Origin: a virus
Lineage: Duplodnaviria > Caudoviricetes
Reading direction: 5' to 3' (one strand)
Virus record (IMG/VR): IMGVR_UViG_3300014641_000001
Span: 1 to 64,000 of that record
DNA length: 64,000 nucleotides
Positions 10,605 to 19,330 of the stretch are shown piece after piece (the stretch's first letter is position 1; each line of letters starts with the position of its first letter). The position numbers and the translations under genes were made by a program. A model generated the notes under the pieces. It was not told where the DNA came from. It searched no databases and worked only from the letters and a program-made list of their open reading frames with translations.

Positions 10605-10814
10605 ATGATTTACGATTATAAGAATAAGAAAATCACCTTTGAGTCTCCCGCTGAGGAGATTGATTACAAGAAGCACATGGCTGAGTATGGGCCAGCTACT
10701 GGAAAATCTCATCCGGATGATTGCCCGTATTGCAAGGCCAGAGGATGGGAAACATTTTCTGGTACTACATTCGATGATGAATGTGAAAAGTACGCAGAAG
10801 AAAATGAAGAATAA
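10605..10814 (+). CDS. Small protein with HxxxCxxC motif
   Basis: AAGGAGG SD; 'HPDDCPYC'. Confidence 0.65.
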   Translation: MIYDYKNKKITFESPAEEIDYKKHMAEYGPATGKSHPDDCPYCKARGWETFSGTTFDDECEKYAEENEE

Positions 10815-11014
10815 TTAGTAATTATGTGAGATTCTATGCGGTCAAACGTGTAGGGTCTATTTTTATGCCTGTTTTTAGGCGACAGAGAAAATTTGAGGAT
10901 CGTGAGAATAGTCCTCTCCTTATATGACAGTGAAATGTATACGGTGAGATGCGTATATGACAGCGAGGAAGAAATGAAGGTGAGACGCTTCATAAAACAT
11001 ATAAGGAGGAATTA

Positions 11015-11866
11015 ATGGTAACAAAATTTACTAAGAAAGAATTATTGAGGTTGGGTTGTAGTGATGAAGAAATATCTCTGGTAATGAAGTATCAAAAATT
11101 ATTACCTATGCCAGACAAAGATTTTGAAATGAATGCACGAGCACTTCATGAGTATTTACATGTTGGCAAAGATGTTTCTGCGTGGATTGTTTCAAGAATT
11201 AAGAAATATGACTTTAAGGAAAATATAGATTACATAATTTCCTATGAGACAAGCAACTCCAAAATTGGAGACGCTGATTTTTCAATCTTATCACAAGCAA
11301 AACGTAGTGCGTTAGGAGTTAAAACAGAATATTATCTCACTGTAAATATGTGCAAGGAATTATGTACTATAGAGAACAATGAACTTGGCAGATTAGCAAG
11401 AAGATACTTTATTCTAATGGAAGATTTAATAAAAAGAAATGAGGTTTGGTGGAAAGTAAGAAAACCACAAAGATTAAATTATAAACCTATGTGTAAGGCC
11501 ATTTCTGAAGCTGTACGTAAATCTACTGGAAATTATGGTGACGATTCGGATTTTTCAAGAGAAGCAAATATACTTAACAGAATAGCTACTGGTTGTTCTG
11601 CATTAGAAATTAAACTGTATTTAGGCGTTGGAATCAATGAACTGACTCGTGACAATTTAACTAATGACTATAATGAGAAAATTGCATTTTTGCAGGAACA
11701 GAACATATTATTACTCGGAATGGGATTGCCAATTGTCCAGCGTGTCAATATGCTGATTTCATTTTTTGATATTAAGTATCCAGATGCAAAACCATTACAA
11801 CATTATTTTGACAGAGGTTATCTATTGAAAGCCAGAGAGAAAATTTTAGAAGAATTGAACCGTTAA
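11015..11866 (+). CDS. AntA/AntB family antirepressor
   Basis: 'NARALHEYL..GKDVSAWI..RIKKYDF.ENIDY' and 'EYYLTVNMCKEL...GRLARRYFI'. Confidence 0.85.
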   Translation: MVTKFTKKELLRLGCSDEEISLVMKYQKLLPMPDKDFEMNARALHEYLHVGKDVSAWIVSRIKKYDFKENIDYIISYETSNSKIGDADFSILSQAKRSALGVKTEYYLTVNMCKELCTIENNELGRLARRYFILMEDLIKRNEVWWKVRKPQRLNYKPMCKAISEAVRKSTGNYGDDSDFSREANILNRIATGCSALEIKLYLGVGINELTRDNLTNDYNEKIAFLQEQNILLLGMGLPIVQRVNMLISFFDIKYPDAKPLQHYFDRGYLLKAREKILEELNR

Positions 11867-11888
11867 GGGTGAGCAATCACCCTTTTTA
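11865..11888 (+). terminator. Intrinsic terminator
   Basis: AAGGGTGA-GCAA-TCACCCTT followed by a T tract. Confidence 0.75.
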
Positions 11889-11914
11889 TATTGTTATGAA
11901 AGGAAGTGATACTT

Positions 11915-12928
11915 ATGGCACGAGGACGGATATACAACAATTTCTACACCGATGAACTATGGGCACAAGTAAATAAAGAAAATAAGAGGGTTTTAGATGA
12001 TTTTTTAGCCGAATATAAGCAAAGAAAGAAATCTAAAGGAACCATCAATGGTTATTTTAATGACTTACGGATAATTTTTATATATGTTTTAAAGGAATTG
12101 GATAACCGATCTATCCTGTCTTTGAATAAGAAGGATTTCCGTGGCATGAGTATTTATTTCTCAGAAGAATGTAACATGTCATCTAGTAGGGTGAACCGTT
12201 TAAAAAGTGCAATTAATAGTATGCTTACATTTTGTGAAGAAGATGATGATTACGATTATGAGGTGAATTTCGCAAAGAAAGTAGCTGGACTTCCTAAAGA
12301 ACGAGTTAAAGATGATGAAGACGATTTCTTTTTTACATTTGATGAATTTATAAAAGTTAGAGATATTTTGATTGAGAGAGGTAAACTCCAACACGCCGTA
12401 TTATGGTCTATAGGTTTTGATTCTGCCGGTAGAAAAAATGAATTATATCAGATTGAAAAAAATGGATTAATTGATGGGAATAAAACCAATGTTGTCATTG
12501 GAAAACGCAGCAAGAAATTTACACTTGTGTATTTGGATGACACAAAAGATTTGATTAAGAAATATCTTGACCAGCGTGGCGATGACGATATAGATTCTTT
12601 GTGGATCAAAGGTTCTGGTGAAAATAAGAGTCCCATTACTAAAGATGTTATCTATGACAGAGTGTGTTCCATATCAAAGGTACTATCAGAGGTGCGTGGA
12701 GGAGAAGAATGCAATATATTTCCGCATACTATGCGTCATAGTCGTTTAGAAAGTCTGGCCCAGGGTACGGATATGAGGTTACTAGACAAGAATGGTGAAC
12801 CTATTAAATATCCATTGGAACAAGTACAAGTGTTTGCACACCATTCAGATGTAAGTACTACTCAGGGGTATTTAAAAAATCATGACGATGACACAATTAA
12901 TCAGATGTTTGGTTTCTCTGATAATTAG
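11915..12928 (+). CDS. Tyrosine recombinase (second, not linked to att)
   Basis: 'SAGRKNEL' (R), 'GKRSK' (K), 'PHTMRHS' (HxxR), 'HHSDVSTTQGY' (H and Y). Confidence 0.88.
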   Translation: MARGRIYNNFYTDELWAQVNKENKRVLDDFLAEYKQRKKSKGTINGYFNDLRIIFIYVLKELDNRSILSLNKKDFRGMSIYFSEECNMSSSRVNRLKSAINSMLTFCEEDDDYDYEVNFAKKVAGLPKERVKDDEDDFFFTFDEFIKVRDILIERGKLQHAVLWSIGFDSAGRKNELYQIEKNGLIDGNKTNVVIGKRSKKFTLVYLDDTKDLIKKYLDQRGDDDIDSLWIKGSGENKSPITKDVIYDRVCSISKVLSEVRGGEECNIFPHTMRHSRLESLAQGTDMRLLDKNGEPIKYPLEQVQVFAHHSDVSTTQGYLKNHDDDTINQMFGFSDN

Positions 12929-12989
12929 AATCCGTCTTTCAATGGTAAAGGGTTACGCAATGCTCTCGCACTATGCAACCCTTGGATAT

Positions 12990-14456
12990 TTAATATGGAG
13001 TAAATTCTCTTTGTTTTTGTTGACCGGCTGCGAAAGCTGCAATTCTTGCATTTTCATCTTTTTCTGCCTTAGTTATCCACTTACCGCCAGTATTTATTTT
13101 ACTAGTGATTGTGTATGAAGACTGTATTATTAAATCTCCATCAAACAGGACTTGGGACACCATAGAAAGGAATTCTTCTTTCGAAGTCTTTTTGTAAGTA
13201 GGGAGATCAGGCATAGCAGAGTTTCTCCATCTGTTTGCCGCTTTTTTAGATTGTCTCTTTTCCCAATATGCCTGAGATGTTTTATTGTCGATAATAAAAC
13301 TATACCCATTAGTCTTTAGAATATCATCAATTGAACCATAAATAGCATCAAAATTTGCACCTGTATTATCAATTTTAATACTAGGTAAATCTCTGTTGCC
13401 GTATTTATAATATTCATTTGTCAGGCATTTACATCCGATGTCTTTCATGAAGTCTTTTATTGAGACAGTGAATGTAACAGGTTTAAAATACGTATTGTTC
13501 TTAATTAAAAATCTGATAACATCACCCTCAACTCCTACTATTTTTACATCTTTGCTACCTAGATGGTCTGCAAAGATAGTTATATTTCTTTGTGAAAATT
13601 CGGGATCAAAAACAAATTTCAAAGAATTCTCATCTAAAATACCGTTATTTTTTTGAATTACTTTCACTACTTTAAGGCAATTTTTAATTAGCCATGAGGT
13701 CAGTCTTTTATCACAAACCAACGGGTGAGTTTTAACTATTTCATAGTGCTCTAGTGCTTTATTGTATAGTTTCATAAATTTCTGCTTCAGTGAAGTATAT
13801 GTTATAAAAACCTCATCTATATTGCCGCCTTTGCTTATATAAATATTTTTAGCACGACGACAATCAACTAATGTATTTTTCAAATCACAACTTAAATTAT
13901 ATGGAAGAAGCACCGGAAATTCAGCTAACATTGACTCCGATTGTTTGAGAAATTCAACTTCGTCTCCTTCTAACACTTCAAATTCTATTAGTCTAGTGTC
14001 CCTACCGTAATCGCGTTGTGCCTTATTTAATTTTGTAATTACCGTGTCTAACCCATTGATTGTCTTAAAATTAGTAACGCATTCTCTTCCCACATTTAGC
14101 TCTGAGCCATTAAGTCGATTTACTATGTAACATATAAATTTATTCTTTTTTCCGCATAACCGACAAAAGACATCGCTAGTTGCTATTAAGTATGATGATT
14201 TTGAGTACCATTCATCTTCTACGTTATCCATTAACAGCTTCTTATTGTTGGTCAGCGTCATCCTTGCCTTATCATCAAAAACAAGATCTTTCTTTAGTTT
14301 GGATTTGGTTAAATCGGTGTATTTTTCTAGGCAGTCATATAGGTTCCCATAGATATCTATATTTTTTGCCTCTTCACTATTTTTTATTAACACCATTTCT
14401 TGTTTTGTAATAAGTTTAATATTACCAGATACAGAATTTGCACCCTTTTTAGACAT
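12990..14456 (-). CDS. Accessory hypothetical protein with N-terminal Zn-binding motif
   Basis: 488 aa, antisense to the module; 'CRLCGKK...NVGRECV'; own SD and promoter. Confidence 0.7.
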   Translation of the reverse strand: MSKKGANSVSGNIKLITKQEMVLIKNSEEAKNIDIYGNLYDCLEKYTDLTKSKLKKDLVFDDKARMTLTNNKKLLMDNVEDEWYSKSSYLIATSDVFCRLCGKKNKFICYIVNRLNGSELNVGRECVTNFKTINGLDTVITKLNKAQRDYGRDTRLIEFEVLEGDEVEFLKQSESMLAEFPVLLPYNLSCDLKNTLVDCRRAKNIYISKGGNIDEVFITYTSLKQKFMKLYNKALEHYEIVKTHPLVCDKRLTSWLIKNCLKVVKVIQKNNGILDENSLKFVFDPEFSQRNITIFADHLGSKDVKIVGVEGDVIRFLIKNNTYFKPVTFTVSIKDFMKDIGCKCLTNEYYKYGNRDLPSIKIDNTGANFDAIYGSIDDILKTNGYSFIIDNKTSQAYWEKRQSKKAANRWRNSAMPDLPTYKKTSKEEFLSMVSQVLFDGDLIIQSSYTITSKINTGGKWITKAEKDENARIAAFAAGQQKQREFTPY

Positions 14457-14477
14457 TCATACCTCCATATTATTTTT

Positions 14478-14533
14478 CGAACAGACGTTTTTACGGTTAA
14501 ATTTATTATATCGCAAACAAATAAAATAGTCAA
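14478..14533 (-). promoter_or_regulatory. SigA-type promoter with candidate LexA (SOS) box
   Basis: Minus strand TTGACT-17 nt-TATAAT (14533-14505); CGAACAGACGTTTT at 14478-14491. Confidence 0.6.
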
Positions 14534-14635
14534 TGATAGATACTATATATTGTGTTTTATGTAAACAAAACAATATATCTTGTTATTATCTTAATCTGCA
14601 TTACCAATCTAAAAGCATATAAACGGTTCTTTAAA

Positions 14636-14770
14636 AAGTGGCGAATGACTGCTGTGATGTCTAATTATGGAAATAGCGCAATTAGTTAGAGAAGATGTTC
14701 TCTACGAATCCGCAGACATGCGGTGAGGTAGGCGCTTGGAGATAAACAGGTGATGAGGAGTACCCCTGTA
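14636..14770 (+). ncRNA. Candidate structured ncRNA upstream of tRNA-Ile
   Basis: Outer pairing AAGTG..CTGCT/GGTAG..CGCTT encloses three hairpins (CTAATT/AATTAG, TAGAGAA/TTCTCTA, CCGCA/TGCGG), followed by ACAGG/CCTGT. Confidence 0.4.
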
Positions 14771-14774
14771 ATAT

Positions 14775-14848
14775 ACGAGTGTACCCAAGTGGTGAAGGGA
14801 TACGGCTTATATCCGTTAACGCCAAAGGTTCGATTCCTTTCACTCGTA
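14775..14848 (+). tRNA. tRNA-Ile(UAU)
   Basis: Acceptor ACGAGTG/CACTCGT, anticodon loop CT-TAT-AT, GGTTCGATTCC T-arm. Confidence 0.85.
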
Positions 14849-14897
14849 TCTATGATTTCAGAATTAATACACACACCTCCAAAGAAAGGAGAATGCA

Positions 14898-15749
14898 ATG
14901 GGAACTTTAATAAATTTAATAAATAGAGGCATTGCTGAAGAAGGTTATATTGAAAAAGCATCAAATGCAAATCTGGATTCCAAAACTGCTAATAAAGGTA
15001 CAAATAATTATACAAAATATTCCCGCGATGTAAACTCATGGGGATTAATGGGCTGTCAAGGTCAGCCATGGTGTTGTACTATGCAGTTTGCCCTTGAGTG
15101 TTATGAATTCGGTGTTGAAATAGCTTTAAAACATTGGAATATGACACGAAGTACATATGTTGGATACAATTGTTTCTCAACCTATAATGCTTTCAAAAAT
15201 GCAGGTAAAGTAGGTATAGAGCCACAATTAGGTGCAGTAGTCATTTTTGACTTCTCTCACGCAGGGCGAGTAATTAAAATATATTCCAAGAATGGACAAA
15301 AGTATTGGGATTGCTTAGAAGGTAATACTTCTTCAAATTTATCTGATCGTAATGGTGGACAAGTTAAAATCAAAACAAGACCATGGAGAGATTCTACTGT
15401 CAAAGGTTTTTGTTATGTCGACTATGAAATCGAAAAGAAATCTGGCTGGTTACAAGAAGATGGTGGTTGGAGATTTTATAATGGTGATACTGGTCTCCCA
15501 ATCCATAATGACTGGCTTAATGATAATGATAAATGGTACTGGTTTAACGGTGCCGGTATAATGATTACAAATACCTGGTATCAGTACAATGGTAACTGGT
15601 ACTATCTTGGAGCTGACGGCGCCATGTGTACATCTCAGTTGGTAGAAAACTCCGGAAAGATTTATGCTGTCGATGCTGATGGCAAAATGGTTACTGGTGA
15701 GATTGTATTGTCCACTTTATCAGATGGAGCATTGATATATAAGGGTTAG
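14898..15749 (+). CDS. Endolysin: CHAP domain plus cell-wall-binding repeats
   Basis: 'QPWC', 'SHAG', 'EGNT'; C-terminal 'KWYWFNGAG.M..NTWYQYNGNWYYLGADGAM'. Confidence 0.88.
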   Translation: MGTLINLINRGIAEEGYIEKASNANLDSKTANKGTNNYTKYSRDVNSWGLMGCQGQPWCCTMQFALECYEFGVEIALKHWNMTRSTYVGYNCFSTYNAFKNAGKVGIEPQLGAVVIFDFSHAGRVIKIYSKNGQKYWDCLEGNTSSNLSDRNGGQVKIKTRPWRDSTVKGFCYVDYEIEKKSGWLQEDGGWRFYNGDTGLPIHNDWLNDNDKWYWFNGAGIMITNTWYQYNGNWYYLGADGAMCTSQLVENSGKIYAVDADGKMVTGEIVLSTLSDGALIYKG

Positions 15750-15773
15750 CGAAATAGAAGAAAGGAAATTCTG

Positions 15774-16502
15774 ATGGTAACATTACAGAAATATGGACGA
15801 TCTTATAACAGAAATGTTTTGGAAATTGCCGGACTATCCACGGACATAAAGCCTATTGATAAATTAGAAAATGCCCATGTTGTAAATGGCTCTGTCTTTA
15901 TTGAAATAGATACAGGCAAGTCATATGTGTTTGACGAGGCAAATAAAATTTGGAATCAAAATGTGAGTTCTGGAGGAAGTAACGGCATGGACGGTAAATC
16001 GGCATATGAAATAGCGGTAGAGAATGGATTTGAAGGAACCGAGGCTGAATGGCTAGTCTCATTAAAAGGAGAAAAGGGTGATCCTGGTAAGGATGGCGCT
16101 CCTGGAACTCCCGGCGTCAAAGGAGCAACTGGAGCCGCTGGCATCCCCGGAAATGACGGACGAGGTGTATTATCAGCAGATGTAACATATCAGGCACACA
16201 CGTCGGGTACTGTTGCTCCCACAGGTACGTGGTCGAACACCGTTCCAACAGTGGCGGCAGGTCAATATCTTTGGACTAAAACTTTATTTACATATACTGA
16301 TGACACAGACACAACGGTTTATTCTGTTGGACGTATGGGTACAAATGGAAGTGCTGGTGCAAAAGGTGATACTGGAGAAACAGGAACCACAGGAGCACAC
16401 CCAATAGGCATAACACTTATTAAGACTGACGGGGTTATCACTGGTGGAACAGTAACTATGAGTGATACTACTACTTTTGAGATTGCTGTAACAGAAGAAT
16501 AA
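15774..16502 (+). CDS. Collagen-like (Gly-X-Y) protein
   Basis: 'GKSAYEIAVENGFEGTEAEWLVSLKG' followed by GXY repeats and a 'GQYLWTKT' module. Confidence 0.8.
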   Translation: MVTLQKYGRSYNRNVLEIAGLSTDIKPIDKLENAHVVNGSVFIEIDTGKSYVFDEANKIWNQNVSSGGSNGMDGKSAYEIAVENGFEGTEAEWLVSLKGEKGDPGKDGAPGTPGVKGATGAAGIPGNDGRGVLSADVTYQAHTSGTVAPTGTWSNTVPTVAAGQYLWTKTLFTYTDDTDTTVYSVGRMGTNGSAGAKGDTGETGTTGAHPIGITLIKTDGVITGGTVTMSDTTTFEIAVTEE

Positions 16503-16549
16503 TTGAATGAGTATTTTATTGGATTAATTAAATAGGTTTTTTGTAGTCA

Positions 16550-16582
16550 GAGAGTCGTCTTTTAATTAAGGCGGCTCTTTTT
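16550..16582 (+). terminator. Intrinsic terminator
   Basis: AGAGTCGTCTT/AAGGCGGCTCT followed by a T tract. Confidence 0.65.
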
Positions 16583-16587
16583 GTATT

Positions 16588-16672
16588 GTTTGCGTGGTCG
16601 AGAGGCTTATGACATCTGTCTTGAAAACAGAAGTGTTGAAAGGCACCGTGGGTTCAAATCCTACCGCAAACG
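16588..16672 (+). tRNA. tRNA-Ser(UGA)
   Basis: Acceptor GTTTGCG/CGCAAAC, loop CT-TGA-AA, long variable arm. Confidence 0.9.
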
Positions 16673-16744
16673 TTATTTTATTGCAAAGAGTTGGTTAGAA
16701 ATAATCAGCTCTTTTCCGTGTGTAAATAGAGAATTAAATTATAT

Positions 16745-16816
16745 GCCGATGTAGCACAATGGCTGTGCAGCTCACTTGTAATGAGAAGGTTGTTGGTTCA
16801 AATCCAATCGTCGGCT
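16745..16816 (+). tRNA. tRNA-Thr(UGU)
   Basis: Acceptor GCCGATG/CGTCGGC, anticodon arm CTCA-CTTGTAA-TGAG. Confidence 0.9.
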
Positions 16817-16818
16817 TT

Positions 16819-16928
16819 GAGTAGAAGGTTCAGGAAGTCATGAGCCTGGATAATGTGGTTACTAACCTCGCCACGCTTCTGCTCTATTGCTATTGTTTGA
16901 GGTTAGGTAATGAATGGAGGTTAGATAA
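16819..16928 (+). promoter_or_regulatory. Structured leader with an anti-SD loop upstream of the endonuclease
   Basis: Three-way junction whose loop CTAACCTC is complementary to GAGGTTAG at 16899 and at 16917 (the RBS). Confidence 0.55.
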
Positions 16929-18233
16929 ATGGCAAGAAAGAAAACACAAGAGGAATTTGAACGAGAAGTACAAAAAGTAAATCCTCATATTGAAATAAGT
17001 GGGGTATACCTGAATGGAAATTCAAAAATTCAATGCAAATGCAAGAAATGCAATAATGAATGGACTTCAACGGCACGAAATTTAATTAAGAAAACACAAT
17101 GTCTTAATTGTTTTCATAAAGAAAGGATATTTATATATCCAAACATACCCCATAATGAATTTATAGAGATTGTTAATAATAGCTATCCCAATTTGATTAT
17201 TACGGGTACATATGATCCAAATAAAAAATTAATTACATGCAAATGCACTAAATGTAATTGCGTTTCTAGGGTAAGAACACAGATGCTACTGGAGAGTACA
17301 TACGAGTGCCGTATTTGTAAAAATGGGAAAGAGAATATTAAGATCGGAATAAATGATATAAAAAGTATAAACCCTGTCATGTACGAAATGCTACAAGATA
17401 AGGGAGTTAATGAAAAACATTCGATAAATAGTCGCTCAAAAGCAGATTTTATATGTCCGTCGTGTGGCGCTACAATAAAGTCAAAAACCATAGATAAAGT
17501 AAATAGACTGGGGCTGAAATGTAAGTGTCAAGATGGCAATAGTCTTGGTGAAAAATACTTTTTTAATGTTATTCAGAGTGTCAGTAATAATGTTGAAAGT
17601 GAAAAATATCTAAATAACAATTTGTCATATAGATATGATTTTTATGGCGTAGAAAAAGGAATATCTTGGATTTGCGAAATTCAAGGAAAACAACATTACG
17701 GAAAAACTTTTGAGACATGTGGAGGACGGACTTTAATAGAAGAACAGTTAAACGATAAATTAAAAAAGGAATATGCTATTTCACAAGGTATTCATATTTA
17801 TGTAGAAATCGATTCTAAAGAGAGCGGTCTGAATCAATTAAAAGCGGCTATATTGAACAGTAAATTAACAGATATATTTTGTTTCAAAAATGTTGATTGG
17901 ATTTCATGTTATAAAAATGCATTGATTTCAGATGTCTTAGAAGTATGCAGATTATGGAATTCTGGATATAAGGTGATGCAAATTAGTAACATAACAAGAT
18001 ACAACAAAGGAAAGGTTAGGAGTTGTTTAATTAAAGGCAATTCTATCGGAATGTGCAAATATGACAATACGGTAAGTAACAAGATTAAAGTGCAGTGCGT
18101 TGACACAGGTGAAATATTTAATTCCCTTAGAGAAGCTGAAATAAAACATGGAATTAAACGTGGTAATTTGTCTGCTTACTTAAAGGGGTTGAATCTTCAA
18201 GTAGACAATAAAAAATGGAAATATGTATCATAA
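16929..18233 (+). CDS. Free-standing homing endonuclease-like protein (Zn ribbons, PD-(D/E)XK/EDxHD-like core, NUMOD-like tail)
   Basis: Multiple CxxC; 'YRYDFY...EIQGKQHY'; C-terminal 'VQCVDTGEIFNSLREA'. Confidence 0.75.
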   Translation: MARKKTQEEFEREVQKVNPHIEISGVYLNGNSKIQCKCKKCNNEWTSTARNLIKKTQCLNCFHKERIFIYPNIPHNEFIEIVNNSYPNLIITGTYDPNKKLITCKCTKCNCVSRVRTQMLLESTYECRICKNGKENIKIGINDIKSINPVMYEMLQDKGVNEKHSINSRSKADFICPSCGATIKSKTIDKVNRLGLKCKCQDGNSLGEKYFFNVIQSVSNNVESEKYLNNNLSYRYDFYGVEKGISWICEIQGKQHYGKTFETCGGRTLIEEQLNDKLKKEYAISQGIHIYVEIDSKESGLNQLKAAILNSKLTDIFCFKNVDWISCYKNALISDVLEVCRLWNSGYKVMQISNITRYNKGKVRSCLIKGNSIGMCKYDNTVSNKIKVQCVDTGEIFNSLREAEIKHGIKRGNLSAYLKGLNLQVDNKKWKYVS

Positions 18234-18282
18234 GACATCTTTTGAGGGTGTCTTTTTTAATTATTACGAAAGGTGGTGGCGA

Positions 18283-19330
18283 TTTGGCAAACCAAACAAA
18301 ATCTGAGGCGACGATTAATGCTTTAAAATCGCCAACCAAGATCAATTCTAAAAAAGATATTTCTATAAATACGAAGAATGATAAGAAAGTTTACACTTGT
18401 TCGTGTTGTGGGTCAGAATACGGTGAACTAAATAAAAATTTTAGTCCCACTAACTTACCACTCTTTAAAGGTACTGGATATTATCCTGTTTGTAAGAAGT
18501 GTATGGATCAGTTTTTCATTGAAATGACTGAAATATACTCTGGAAACGAAGAACAAGCAATTAAATACATCTGCCAAATGACAGGAGTATATTTTAATCC
18601 ATCTCCTCTTGGTGCAAGTAGGAAAATTAGCCAACATCGCAGTCGGTTAAGTACATATATAAGTAAGGTACAAATTAATCCTTGGATTGGAAAAACATAT
18701 ATTGACACATTAAAAGATGAATTTGAAACTGAAAATAATAATATAATCGAAACATTCGAAGATATTAAAGATTCTAAAAATACAAAATTAAAAACCGTCA
18801 AATTCTTTGGAACTGGATTTACCGATGATGATTATCAGTTTTTAGAGGATGAATATAAAGACTGGACGACAAGACATGAGTGTAGTACAAAATCTCAAGA
18901 AGAGGTTTTTAAACAGATTTGTTATGCCCAGTTAGACATTCTAAAAGCGAAACGGGAAAACCAACCAACAAAAGATTTAACAAGAACATTTCAGGATTTG
19001 TTGGCAACTGCAAATTTGCAACCTAAGCAAACAAAGGACAATACCTTAGCAGAGCAAAATACATTTGGAACTCTTATTAGAAAATGGGAGAACGAAAAAC
19101 CCATACCTGAGCCAGATGATGAGTGGAAAGATGTTGATGGTATCGCAAAATATATTACGGTTTATTTTCTGGGTCATTTGTGTAAAATGATGGGAATCAA
19201 AAATTCATATTCTCGCATGTACGAAGCGGAAATGGCTAAATACAAAGTAGAAAAACCAGAATACGAAGATGACGATGAAGCACTTTTTGATGCCGTGTTT
19301 GGTGGTGATTTAGATGATCCAAACCAATAA
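18283..19330 (+). CDS. Conserved pre-terminase protein (candidate small terminase)
   Basis: TTG after AGGTGGTGG; CSCC/CKKC; overlaps terL, as in SPbeta-like phages. Confidence 0.55.

Noticed and set aside
10878-10995. Possible mini CRISPR array
   Set aside because: Repeats are short and discontinuous, there are no spacer-length unique segments, and no cas genes are present
16588-16672. 'TGA' tRNA as a suppressor, implying a recoded genetic code
   Set aside because: Anticodon UGA reads UCA (Ser); genes end normally at TAA, TAG and TGA
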